Source of the DNA: Azolla caroliniana
Taxonomy: Eukaryota > Plantae > Polypodiophyta
Assembly: GCA_043228905.1 (NCBI GenBank)
Contig: JBHGNT010000001.1
Coordinates: forward strand, 29,078,001-29,142,000
DNA length: 64,000 nucleotides
Reading direction: 5' to 3'
The position numbers and the translations under genes were made by a program. Positions 1-33,739 of this stretch are shown here, one piece after another. The stretch's first letter is position 1, and each line of letters opens with the position of its first letter. The notes beneath the pieces were generated by a model. The model made no database searches. It saw only the letters and a program-made list of their open reading frames with translations, and was not told the origin of the DNA.

Positions 1-1
1 G

Positions 2-724
2 CTTAAGTTTCAGGTTACGTCAGCATTGTGTAACCTAGCAAAAGACAATGTTGAAATCAGCCGAAAGATCACAGAGACAAAGGCACTGATTTGCTTAGCA
101 CAGATGATAGAGAAGGAGGTAGGAGAGGTGCAAAAGATTGCAATTCTGGCTGTGATGGAGATAGCATCGGCAGCTGAAAGAGATGCTCAATTGAGGAGGT
201 TTGCTTTTAAGATGAATTCTCGGGCTGCGAAAGCAGTGCTGCATCAGCTCCTTCAGATAATAGAAAATGGATCAGATGATTTAAAGGTGCCATGTGTGAA
301 AACCATTGGATGCTTAGCACGAACATTCCCGGCAAAGGAAACAAAAGTAATAGAAATATTAGTACACGAGTTGGGTAACTCGGAGTATTGTGTAGCTTTA
401 GAAGCATCTGTATCCCTTCAGAAATTCGTGCATCGGAGCAATTTCTTGCATGTCGAGCACTCAAAGACGATCCTCGATGCAGGTTCTATTCATCATCTTA
501 TGCATCTTATCAGCCTTGATGGGAAAGAAGTTCAACTTCCTTCATTAACTTTGCTTTGCTACTTAGCCGAGCATTTGCCTAGTCATGATGTGTTCATGGA
601 GATGGAAACACTTAAGGCCCTCAAGGCTGTTTCACACACTCATGTGGCTCAGCTTCAGTCAGCTAGGGAAGATCTCTTAATGGCAATTCAGCAGCTTGAG
701 CTCTATCAATCAGGAGGCCATTGA
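2..724 (+). CDS. ARO: ARMADILLO REPEAT ONLY (ARO)-family protein, C-terminal part (5' end outside window)
   Basis: Frame is open from the window edge: LKFQVTSALCNLAKDNVEISRKITETKALICLAQMIEK...AFKMNSRAAKAVLHQLL...PCVKTIGCLARTFPAKET...NFLHVEHSKTILDAG...LELYQS*. These match the recalled ARO motifs ITESRALLC, IGxLARTFxATE, NYLHxDHSKAII and LELYQS. Confidence 0.88.
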   Translation, partial: LKFQVTSALCNLAKDNVEISRKITETKALICLAQMIEKEVGEVQKIAILAVMEIASAAERDAQLRRFAFKMNSRAAKAVLHQLLQIIENGSDDLKVPCVKTIGCLARTFPAKETKVIEILVHELGNSEYCVALEASVSLQKFVHRSNFLHVEHSKTILDAGSIHHLMHLISLDGKEVQLPSLTLLCYLAEHLPSHDVFMEMETLKALKAVSHTHVAQLQSAREDLLMAIQQLELYQSGGH

Positions 725-1569
725 AAACTATGCCTAATGGTGGAGTATATCCATTGCATTGTACACATCAATCATGATGATGTATGTATATTCATCTTTA
801 CCAAGTAATGTGGATTCTTCTATTGTTGATGTTACAGAGAACATTACTTGTAAAAACAGAAGATCTGCAGTGGACCTGGAATTCATTATTTTCAGATTCA
901 TTTTTGTGGAGTTTCACATATTAACAGAGTGATTTTATAAAATGAAGGACTACGGGAAACAGAGTTCTGTTCCGGTCTTGTGGTTGACATGTTCTTGGGT
1001 TGATCTAAGCTCACATATGTATTTTTTCTTATTTGCTTCATCATCCATATGCACACTATGCAAAACGGTATCCTCCCTCATAAATTTTAAATAAGTTTTG
1101 TGGTTTTTAACCTGAGGGGGATTGATGTAGTTTAAAGTCGGAACTTGAAGTTAGATTAGGTTAAATAATTTGTCTCCCCATCTACTATATATATAGTTAT
1201 TAACGTATTCAGTCATTTTATCAAACAAGAATCCAGAAAGAAGTGTTTGTAATCTATGAAAATTGGCAGTGTTTCCTGTGACGCCGTGTACATGCTGTTA
1301 TAAACATGGACTCGCCATGTAGGCAGGAATTTAAAGCTTTAATATAATACAGATACTGTGTGGAGCTAGATTGTTCCAAGCATACACGGAGCAGAAGGAT
1401 CTTGAAACGAGTCCATGCCTTCAGAGATTAGTAGGTATCTGTAGTGTGAAGAAAGCTGTTGCGATCCTTAACCATGATCAGACCATAGAGAGACCTGAAT
1501 ATGGAACATTCCCGAATATTCTGCAAAATATTTTTACCCTGCAACCATTACCTCACGTTATTTGCGTCT

Positions 1570-1760
1570 GGAAATAATAGCGGACCATGGAAATTTGTGA
1601 TGACCATACAAAGACCATATGCACATGGTCATCACCTTGTCCCATATGCAATAGTTATGAAAGTGGAAATAATAGCGAACCTTGGAAATTTGTGATGACC
1701 ATACAAAGACTGTATGCACATGGTCATCACCTTGTCCCATATGCAATAGTTATGAAAGTG
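1570..1760. repeat. Two near-identical 95-bp tandem units, each with an 11-bp inverted repeat
   Basis: ggaaataatagc...gttatgaaagt starts at 1570 and 1665. Each unit contains gtgatgaccat-N17-atggtcatcac. Confidence 0.9.
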
Positions 1761-2254
1761 GCTGTTCCATTCAGAATGCGCTAGAAAATCCTTTCGTCTA
1801 ATTATCCACACGCATAGAGATTATCCAGATTCTAGAATGCTTCCCACATTGTATAAGTGAAGTTTCATTCAGATAGGGTTACTAAAGAATTGGGGATGTC
1901 ATTACATGTGTGTTTGGCTCTAAGCATGCAATTTCGAGAATCAAGCTAGAGCATTTAATCATTTTTGGTGTGATTGATGGTCATGAGATTTCCTCTAGAA
2001 CGTTGACAAAATTTACTCCACCACTTTGGATTTGTGGAGGACTTTCTTGCATCATTGCCAATAGTGAGTATTTATGGCATGTTAAACCTCTACAATGTCA
2101 TAAGTTAGTGGACAAAAAGACAATTGGGAGGACAAGGTACCTATAGAGCTTAGTCTTGAGAAATGCCAAAATAATTTTGCTCTTCAACCTATGTCTCTAC
2201 TACGATTATCCATGGAGATTGTCTTGTGCAAATCCATTTCTCTTGTAAACAACT

Positions 2255-2675
2255 AAAGTTTGGTTTCTATGGAACATTTTATTGTACTTCAGGCTGAAGT
2301 CTATACCAATATATCCTGATAGGAGAGTGATTGGGATATCATACAATGACCACTATAATCAAGACAAAGAGAAACTCCACAACTTGAATGTAAGGGTGGA
2401 CTTTATCCTCGAGTTTTTCCTTTCAGCCTATGTCCCTACTGTTGTTCTCCATGGAGGCCTATCAAACATGAACCATTTCATTTACTCCACTAATACCATG
2501 TAAAGAACTAAGAGGCTTGGCTTATATGAAACATTCTATTTGTATTTTGTATAAAAGTCTAAACTAATTTATATTGGGAGGAGAGTGTGTGGGATATCAT
2601 ACAATATCTCCTACATTCAATACAAAGAGAATCTCCACACATATTACGTTAAGAGTGGACTTCACACTCAAGTGC
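2255..2675. repeat. Diverged direct duplication, period about 255 bp
   Basis: gggatatcatacaat...caaagagaa.ctccaca...gtggactt occurs near 2330-2405 and again near 2590-2665. Confidence 0.7.
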
Positions 2676-3054
2676 CCCAAAGAGTGTATACATGCAATGG
2701 GTGTATTGATGTGTCATTTAAGAGCATCATCAACCACAAGCTAGCTTGTAGGATCTTTTTGGAAGTTGCATTTGAGTTAAAATGTCATCCATCACTACCA
2801 CAATGCAATTTTGTTCAATCACATGGATTATACGCTACTTTGACACACATACTTGAAGGATGTCTTTCTTTCCCATTTAGTATATAAGTTCTTGCGAGTC
2901 ATGATAAAAGGTTCACATTGTCTTAGTAAAGGACACGTGCACATATGCATAATTTTTTATTTATAATCAACATTCATTATAGTACTCATTTTGTATTACT
3001 CGCTACATGTATGCCGGAGAGGAAAAATCACACTTTTTAAAGCTAGCCATCTTG

Positions 3055-4297
3055 GGTGCATTTGTTACTTTGTGGGCTTGTGTTTAAACTCCTTTATTGG
3101 CACTAGATTATATAGTCTAACACCATTTTGATGGTCATCAAGATGTGTCATCTGCATTCTTGCATTGGTATAGGATCCCATTAACCTGCACTTGGGTCTT
3201 AATAATTTGAACCATCGATGAAATGATTGGGGCCTTGATTGAACTGCATCAACTTCGCATGCATGAATTGACTGTGGACCGGACTCTAGTCAACACATTC
3301 TCGGCTTCACTTCACCTTCTTCTTGCCATCTCCACTGGACCCGATTTCTCGTTGTTGTTGGATGATGGTGTGCATTTGTTACTTTATAGGCTTGGGTTTA
3401 AATTCCTTTCTTAGCACTAGATTATATAGTCTAACACCATTTTGATGGTCATCGAGACTGTCATCTGCATCCTTGCATTGGTATAGGATCCCATTAGCTT
3501 GCACTTGGGTCTTATATAGTTTGAACCATCGATGAAATGATTGGGGCCTTGACTGAACTGCATCAACTTTGCATGTATGAATTCACTGTGGACCCGACTC
3601 TAGTCGACACATTCTCGGGGCTTCACTTCACCTTCTTCTTGCCATCTCCACTGGACCCGATTTCTCGTTGTTGTTGGATGATGGTGTGCATTTGTTACTT
3701 TATAGGCTTGGGTTTAAATTCCTTTCTTAGCACTAGATTATATAGTCTAACACCATTTTGATGGTCATCGAGACTGTCATCTGCATCCTTGCATTGGTAT
3801 AGGATCCCATTAGCTTGCACTTGGGTCTTATATAGTTTGAACCATCGATGAAATGATTGGGGCCTTGACTGAACTGCATCAACTTTGCATGTATGAATTC
3901 ACTGTGGACCCGACTCTAGTCGACACATTCTCGGGGCTTCACTTCACCTTCTTCTTGCCATCTCCACTGGACCCGATTTCTCGTTGTTGTTGGATGATGG
4001 TGTGCATTTGTTACTTTATAGGCTTGGGTTTAAATTCCTTTCTTAGCACTAGATTATATAGTCTAACACCATTTTGATGGTCATCGAGACTGTCATCTGC
4101 ATCCTTGCATTGGTATAGGATCCCATTAGCTTGCACTTGGGTCTTATATAGTTTGAACCATCGATGAAATGATTGGGGCCTTGACTGAACTGCATCAACT
4201 TTGCATGTATGAATTCACTGTGGACCCGACTCTAGTCGACACATTCTCGGGGCTTTACTTCACCTTCTTCCCGCAATCTCCACTGGACCCAATTCTT
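3055..4297. repeat. Tandem array of about 3.9 x 316-bp units
   Basis: gaaccatcgatgaaatgattggggcc recurs about every 316 bp. Identical 74-aa ORFs start at 3537 and 3853. The first unit is more diverged. Confidence 0.95.
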
Positions 4298-5105
4298 GTG
4301 TCTCGGGACTTTACTTGAAGGTCTTGGATGATAGCGATGTGCGAAAACACAAGATAAACCAGACCTTCCCTTTTCCATGCCCATTTCCCAAGGGAGGAGC
4401 ACCATATCATTTTGTCAATAATAAAACCAACACTAAATGTAAATCTCATTCTTCTTCTGCCTTTTTCTCTCCTCTACTGTGTTTTTTGGAACAGTAGGGT
4501 TCCGGATGAAACTCTCTGGCTATGGCGTTGAAGCAGACTGATCGCAGTTACCTCGAAAGGACTTCCTTCTTGGACATCGAATTCACAGCATATAATCCCC
4601 GTTGTCCCTCGGACGGCACATACTTTCAGGTCTCTATCTCTACCCTTCCTTCTGTATTTCTGTGACAGTAGGATGTCTTCCAAGCTCTCTAGCTATGACG
4701 TGGAAGTGGCACAATTGCAGTTACCTCAAAAATATACTTTCTTTTTGGAGCTAGAATTCACAACAATAACCTCCATCGACCTTCAAGCTGCACAGCCTTT
4801 CAGGTCTGAAAAAAGACAAAGCTATATCTATTAAAAGTGACCTCAAATTCTCTTTTAAATTTTTGGCTAGAAAGATGACGATGAAAAGAAATATCTGGGC
4901 AGATCATTTAGCTCTTTATAATTACATTGTTTTCTGCTCTGATTCTGCGCGTTAGAAATCTGATGCAAAGAAACAAAAAGAAATGGTATTTGAATGGTTT
5001 GCAGGTTTCCGAACTTTATATTCTTTATGGTTCTTGAAAAGGAAAACCTTTCTCTGAGCTAGAGCTGGCCACAATTTCTTTCTCTAATTTCGGGCTAGAA
5101 AGGTG

Positions 5106-27962
<22,857 letters not shown>

Positions 27963-28384
27963 GGTACATGAATTCTGATGACATAAGGTTTTATTGGGCC
28001 CATTGTATTTGATGCATTTTATTTTCTATTTCATGTGTGATAAAGTCTTGTATTAATTTTTGTTAGGTGATAGTGTTGTTTTGCAAGATATTATGTGGAG
28101 TAAACCACAGAAATCTGAAGAATAGCTGCAATTAAAATTCACTACAGGCCGTAAGACAGGAGCAAAGTGAGTATAGACGTTTATTTTTCTGATGATGTTG
28201 CTTAGTATTTTCTTTTAAATCAAAGTTATTCTATTATTGTCAATGATGACATTAATTTGTGGTAGGGTTCAGTATGGGAAACCATGTCATGCTGGTTCAA
28301 ACATGTGAAAGAGGAAGTCACCTGTTCGGCACCATCTTCACATATGCTACTCAGTGTTGTTTGGATTTTAAGTAACTTCTCCTT

Positions 28385-28730
28385 GATGCAAAAATGGATG
28401 GGCACAATGAATCCAGATACAAAATCTTAGAACAACTATCTGATCTTTTCGAAAATTGCCGAGATGAGATATATCATTGCAATCATTGACAGTAAACAAG
28501 GAATTGCAGATATTTGTTGCTCCTATCTTCAGCACGTCAATATTGCAGTGTATTATTAACAGAGGTTGTGTAGTCTCATCAATGCAAAAAATAGATGGGC
28601 ACAAGGAATCCAGATGCAAAAGCTTAGAACATAGCGGTAATATTTTGAAAGTCACGTAGATGAGATATATCATTGCAATTATTGATATTCAATAAGAAGT
28701 CCCTCTCATTTGTTTTACCTTCTTTACCAT
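28385..28730. repeat. Diverged direct duplication, period about 197 bp
   Basis: gatgggcacaa.gaatccagat.caaaa.cttagaaca...agatgagatatatcattgcaat occurs at about 28395 and about 28592. Confidence 0.75.
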
Positions 28731-29539
28731 GTCAATATTCTGTTGAATTTGTGGACATTTACAATATTGCAGCATATCATCAACAAAGAGTATTCATTGG
28801 AATAAATTCTTCAGATTCTGACAACTGAGCTTACTTAGTTACATGGTAAAGATCTTATTATTATTATGAACTGTTCTATTATTTTGAAATACAAAAAGAT
28901 TATTGACATCTCTAAGGCTGCCTGCACAATTGTTATGTTCTGATCAGGTCGTAAAGGAGGCTGGACAAAATTGGACAATGAGCTTGTTTTCTCAATTCAT
29001 AAATGGCAGAGGTCATTCATATTCCCATAAATCTGAATATCACCAATTTACTTACTAATTATCCACCCCATATGAATCTTGGAAACAAAATTAGTCATTT
29101 ATATTACAATTCTCTCGACACCTTATTTGTAAGCCCAAATGATCCTTCATTGTGATATAAAAAATCTGAAATTTTATTGTCTGATTGAGGGGGCGTTACA
29201 ATGGCACTATAACCAACCTCCTTGGTTACTTGCCACTCTTTTGAGGAAGGCATATCTACAGATTAGAGAAAGGAACTCAATAATTCAATGTATTCAGGGT
29301 AACTGCTAGATTGACTTGCTGTGAACAAATGAGATTGCTAGTATCATTATATTTATGGTGTTGGGTCCAAATTTGTTGTGAACAAATGAAATAGTAGGTA
29401 TAATAATGATGGATTCAAATTTTTTGTCTTCATTGGTGAGGGATAATAGTGATAGTGATAGGATGATGTTTAGCAGTCAAAAATATAATGATCAATATTT
29501 TAAAGTTACTCTCAGCAAGAGGCCTGTATTTACAAGTTA

Positions 29540-29879
29540 TCTACCGAATGATATACAGCGTGACTTTTACATGTTCTGCATGGCGGCCAACAACCAGAAC
29601 ATCATAGGTTGACCCAACCGAGTCCTCTGTACTACGGAAGCTTCTCGCAGTTCTCAGCAAACCAACACTAGATAGGAACCGAATTATCTCACGACATTCT
29701 AAACCCAACTCACGTACCACTTTCATGGGCAAACAACTAAACCCTTGGGACCTTATTCAACCCCAGGATATGATGAGTCGACATCGAGGTGCCAAACGAC
29801 TCCATCGATAAGAGCTCTTGGGAGTCATCAGCCTGTTATCCCCAACGTAACTTTGATCCATTGAGTGAGAGCCCTTCCA
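29540..29879 (-). pseudogene. rrn26: NUMT: fragment of mitochondrial 26S rRNA (domain V, peptidyl-transferase region)
   Basis: The plus strand reads gacatcgaggtgccaaacgactcc..ataagagctcttgggagtcatcagcctgttatcccc and aacccaactcacgtaccacttt. This is the reverse complement of the LSU core in the plant-mitochondrial variant as I recall it, with CpG-type decay. Confidence 0.88.
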
Positions 29880-30365
29880 GATGATGAAAACCGCTACTTC
29901 GACTGCTTCCCCCAGCGTTGGTCAAGCGTCCGGTTTCGGTCTTATCACCAATTTAGGGCCCTTCCCTTCCCTTCTGCGACACTAGCAGCACCCCATGTTT
30001 ACATGGTTCTCAAAGCAAAAGGTAGGCAAGTACTATGAGCCCTCTGTCCCACACATCTATCCAGAAGTGCGGTTCACTGGTTTCACCAAATGCTCCTATT
30101 TCTCTAGCGGTTCATCCGGGTTAAGCCTCAAAGGTCGTGCGAGTGTGTGGTTATGCTTCAGATGTTTGCTATGCCCATATTGAATCCCAATCTCCCTTAT
30201 CACCTTCTTTGGCTAGATCGTCCAACCTTTTCAGAATTCCTTGAGGAAGGGTTACCACCCTTCCCTCTACTGCAAGTTCTCCCCCGCACGGAGCTAGGGA
30301 AAGCGGCCCTTCTGGGGCCCCTTCCCTTTTCTTTGCCAAATCCGCTTTTGCTCGGCACTTCCAAA
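29880..30365 (-). other. NUMT continuation: plant mitochondrial group II intron-like fragment
   Basis: Minus strand gaaccgcacttctggatagatgtgtgggacagagggctcatagtac...gaaccatgtaaac resembles plant mitochondrial group II intron domain I-III sequence. GC content is higher than in the flanks. Confidence 0.6.
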
Positions 30366-32061
30366 ATAACATTGATTAGCTTTATTTGACATGCGGACTC
30401 TCTTGTTATCAATGTACAAATGGCATAAAATGCAGCATAAACTAAGTTCTACCTAAAAGTTATTTTCAATTTTCAAAAATAGGTATAATCCTTTGATGTT
30501 CCCATTCCACCTTAAATTTGAAGCAAGACATGAAGATGTTCCCATATTTCAATCTATAATTGTGTGCCTTTCCTTTTCTTGCCAGAAGGAAACATTTATA
30601 GGAACTTACGGAAAGACTAACCATGTTTTCATAAATGCCTTATGGTGTGTAGTGATAAAAAAAAAGTGAGAACGAGAGAATATTCAAGTGTATGGTGAGT
30701 AACAGCCAGCATCATTTCTCAACTAGGAATTACAATAGGCCCTTTGTTCACTCGTGTGGAGAAGACTTCAGGCAACTTGTGGCAAATCTAATGTAAAAAC
30801 TACCATGCATGAGTGGGGAGTCTTTTAGGTTGACAACCCTATGTCATTGGTCGCATAATTGGTGAACCACAATTCATGTCATGTCGTATGCAATGAAATG
30901 CTCAAATCCAACATTCATGTGTGGTAACTTGTCCACTAGGAAAGTGTCTCATTTTCGTGCAAAGTATATACAATTCTTCCCATGTACTTTCTTCCTTCTT
31001 GTAAATTACATTGATCTTTGGGATCTTCAGCAACAATGAGTTGAGCATCTTTTGCTATCGTGCATATTCTTCATTATACTTTCATTTGTTTTGACAAACC
31101 ATTAATTTTCTTTATCCTCATCAACGATGAGGCCAACCATTGTCTTATATGCCAATCTAGCTAGGTTTCCTTTTTTCACTCATGGGGGCAGCTATAATAC
31201 TCCACCTTGTTCACTAGGGATTTCCTTTGATTGTGGCAACTTGTCCTTAGCTCTCGCTCCAACCTTAGTCATGCACATAGTGTGCTTTCTTCCACATCTT
31301 CAATGAGCTTTGATAATCAAAGTGAACGTTATCTATGAGATTAAGTTGCGTCACCAACTAGTCAAGATCTTCTTCATTTCTCCTGTTGGTGGGTCTCTTC
31401 CCCTCGAATGGTTTCCATTGCTTCCTTAGGATAGAAAATTAATGAATCTGATTCTTCATAGGGAGAAGCATGTGACATCAAACTTTGATTGTTGAACTAC
31501 ATCCTCAAACTCATTTATTTGGGTGATGACCAAATCAAATTCCTTTGTCTAAATTTCATACAATTGTGATTGTTTAGATCGTGTTGTGTGTTGTGCATTT
31601 CTTCCACATCATCTTCTAATTTTAAAATCTATTATGGAGAAGTAGACTCTTCTCATTAGATGAAGTCACATCCTTAACCTTCTCGAGTTAACACTTCCAA
31701 TTGGTTGAGATCTTCCCAATCTTTGTCAATTGTGTAAGTGGATCTCATCACATTGACCGAAATCCATTGCCTCCTCAAGTTTTAAACTTTTAGACCTCTT
31801 TGCCTCCTCTCAAACTTCAGGCACGTGATGTTATAGAGATTAAGCTCCCACTACATCAAACTTTTCATCTTTATTCAATGGTTGATTAATCTTTTACTTT
31901 GTATCTTGTGTATATATCACAAGTTCATCCATGCTTTACTATTGAAAAGAAGAAAATGTATGGTTGCATTCTACATTGGGAAAATATAGATACTAGATGG
32001 CCAATATCATTATTATAAACATCTCAAGCCCATCTTTCCTCCACCAAATATTTGGAGGGGG

Positions 32062-32932
32062 GAGAGAGAGAGAGAGAGAAAGAGAGAGATTATCTTTGTA
32101 TGAGCCAATTCCTTATTTAGATGGGCGATCTCAAGAGCTTGATTGGAGGTTTGTTGGAAATAAGAGATTGACAATGATCTCAACAAATGTTGTTTATCAC
32201 ACATTGATTAACAAACATAAGTGGTTGGAAGAAAGGGTTATAAAGATATGGGGGTTTCATAAGCCCATTACTTGGTGGCTTCATGTGATCAAGGCAGGTT
32301 GGTGTTCTCGATTAATGCTATGAGTCAAGGTATTTGTTTGGAGAGTTATGATTGGAGCCTTACCAACGGGGGATGCATTAAAAAAAAGAAACATTACTAA
32401 AGGATTGTGTTTCTTTTGTTCGGTAGAATTGGAACATAGTAGACATCGATTTATTTCCTGCCCGATGACAAGGATGGTTTGGAGGTGTATCAGTTTAGTG
32501 TGGATGTCTCTAACCGGAGTACGTCTATCTTCCTTCAATTGGGTTTTTGCACATATGGAGAACAATGAACCAATGCCTCATTCTCTAATTATTTTTGAGT
32601 TCTTGAGGTATTGGGGGCTATGGTTCAATTGGAATATGCGGAATGCTTTCATTTTTTATTCGCAAGTGGGGGTGAGAAAATATGTTCTAAAGTTAAAAGG
32701 ACTTCTTTTGTGGCAATTGACAATGCTAGAGAAGTCACGAAATCTCAACCAGGAAGAGAGAGAACTCTGCAAAGTTACATATCATCATATTTTCCATTTC
32801 AATTGGTGTGTAGGGTGGCATTGAGTTTGGTGTCGTAGTTTTCTTTAGATCCCTAGATAGAAGGGGTTCTTTAGTTTGTTGTAAGTTAGTCATGGTGGTG
32901 TTTTTTCTTTCGTAATGAAAGCCATTATTTAT

Positions 32933-32976
<44 letters not shown>
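32062..32976 (+). mobile_element. 5'-truncated L1-clade LINE (zf-RVT end) between (GA)n tracts
   Basis: FVWRVMIGALPTGDALKKRNITKGLCFFCSVELEHSRHRFISC...VW...WNMRNAFIF is a zf-RVT/CCHC end. (GA)n occurs at 32062-32090 and 32936-32976. Confidence 0.85.
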
Positions 32977-32979
<3 letters not shown>

Positions 32980-32980
32980 T

Positions 32981-33075
32981 GCCCAGATGGATGTAGCTCA
33001 GTTGGTAAGGTTGCCCAATGGAGACCAGGTGGTCATGGGGTCAACCCCTACATTCCACAGTGGCATCTGGTGAAA
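32981..33075 (+). mobile_element. tRNA-derived SINE-like unit
   Basis: A-box tagctcagttgg and B-box-like gggtcaacccc. Terminal pairing ccagatg/catctgg. A second copy is at 45914. Confidence 0.65.
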
Positions 33076-33104
33076 TAGAGATATATATGAAGTATATAAC
33101 AACG

Positions 33105-33190
33105 AGGTGAGAAATTTGGGTTTCGAACCCAAGACACAGTGCTTGTAGTGTTATCAACTTACCACTAGGGTAAGCTAATTACAATAAAAA
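33105..33190 (-). mobile_element. tRNA/SINE-like unit of the 6410-6890 family
   Basis: Reverse complement reads ttagcttaccctagtggtaagttg...tgtgtcttgggttcgaaacccaaatttctc. Confidence 0.6.
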
Positions 33191-33503
33191 AAGGAGAGAG
33201 AAAAAATGGTTATGTTGTGGAGGGAATAAGATCGAATGTGGTCCATGTGATATGTCCTTTTATGCACTCATCTACAAGTTATCCGTGTTGGGAGATCCAA
33301 TGTTATATTCATTAACAAGGATAGGTTAATAATTATTACACCATCTAAGGTGTTTTCCCCTATTCAACTATAAAATCATGTACAGAGGCCTAAAACCATG
33401 TTGATAGTCAAAGAGAGAAGGCTAATATATGCTTGCCTTATTTCATTGTGCATCCCATTATGTTTCTTTGTTCCAAACCCACCTCCTAGATACTTGTAAG
33501 TTC

Positions 33504-33739
33504 CATAGTATGAACCATACGTACCATACATGCATCCACATTCAAGAATGTTTCAATCATTCAAGTATTGTAAACACCCTCGAAGTATGGTAAATACCAA
33601 ACTTTTGTATTCATTATTTATTATAAGGTAAAAAACGTAATAAAAAAAAACATAAGAATGTTTTCATAAGGTACACATTCATTTGCATTCGTATGAAAAA
33701 GAAAGTTTGCCAATGCATTCAAGTATATTACGTACTATG
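33504..33739 (-). mobile_element. hAT MITE (236 bp), same family as 6304-7253
   Basis: Left end catagtatgaaccatacgtaccatacatgcatccacattcaagaatg matches the reverse complement of 7200-7253. Right end tatattacgtactatg matches the other terminus. Imperfect TSD cttgtaag(ttc) / cttgtaac. Confidence 0.75.

Noticed and set aside
3223-4077. 63-74 aa ORFs in the 316-bp array
   Set aside because: By-products of the repeat. The frame differs between units and no domain is recognisable.
3055-4297. CRISPR-like array
   Set aside because: Whole units repeat with no unique spacers, and the context is eukaryotic.
29540-29879. Functional rRNA gene
   Set aside because: Only about 340 bp, with substitutions in universally conserved positions.
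30700-31950. Possible LTR-retrotransposon gag remnant on the minus strand
   Set aside because: It looks like decayed coding sequence, but I found no diagnostic motif.
32981-33075. True tRNA gene
   Set aside because: Degenerate T-arm and no clean cloverleaf. A diverged second copy fits a SINE better.
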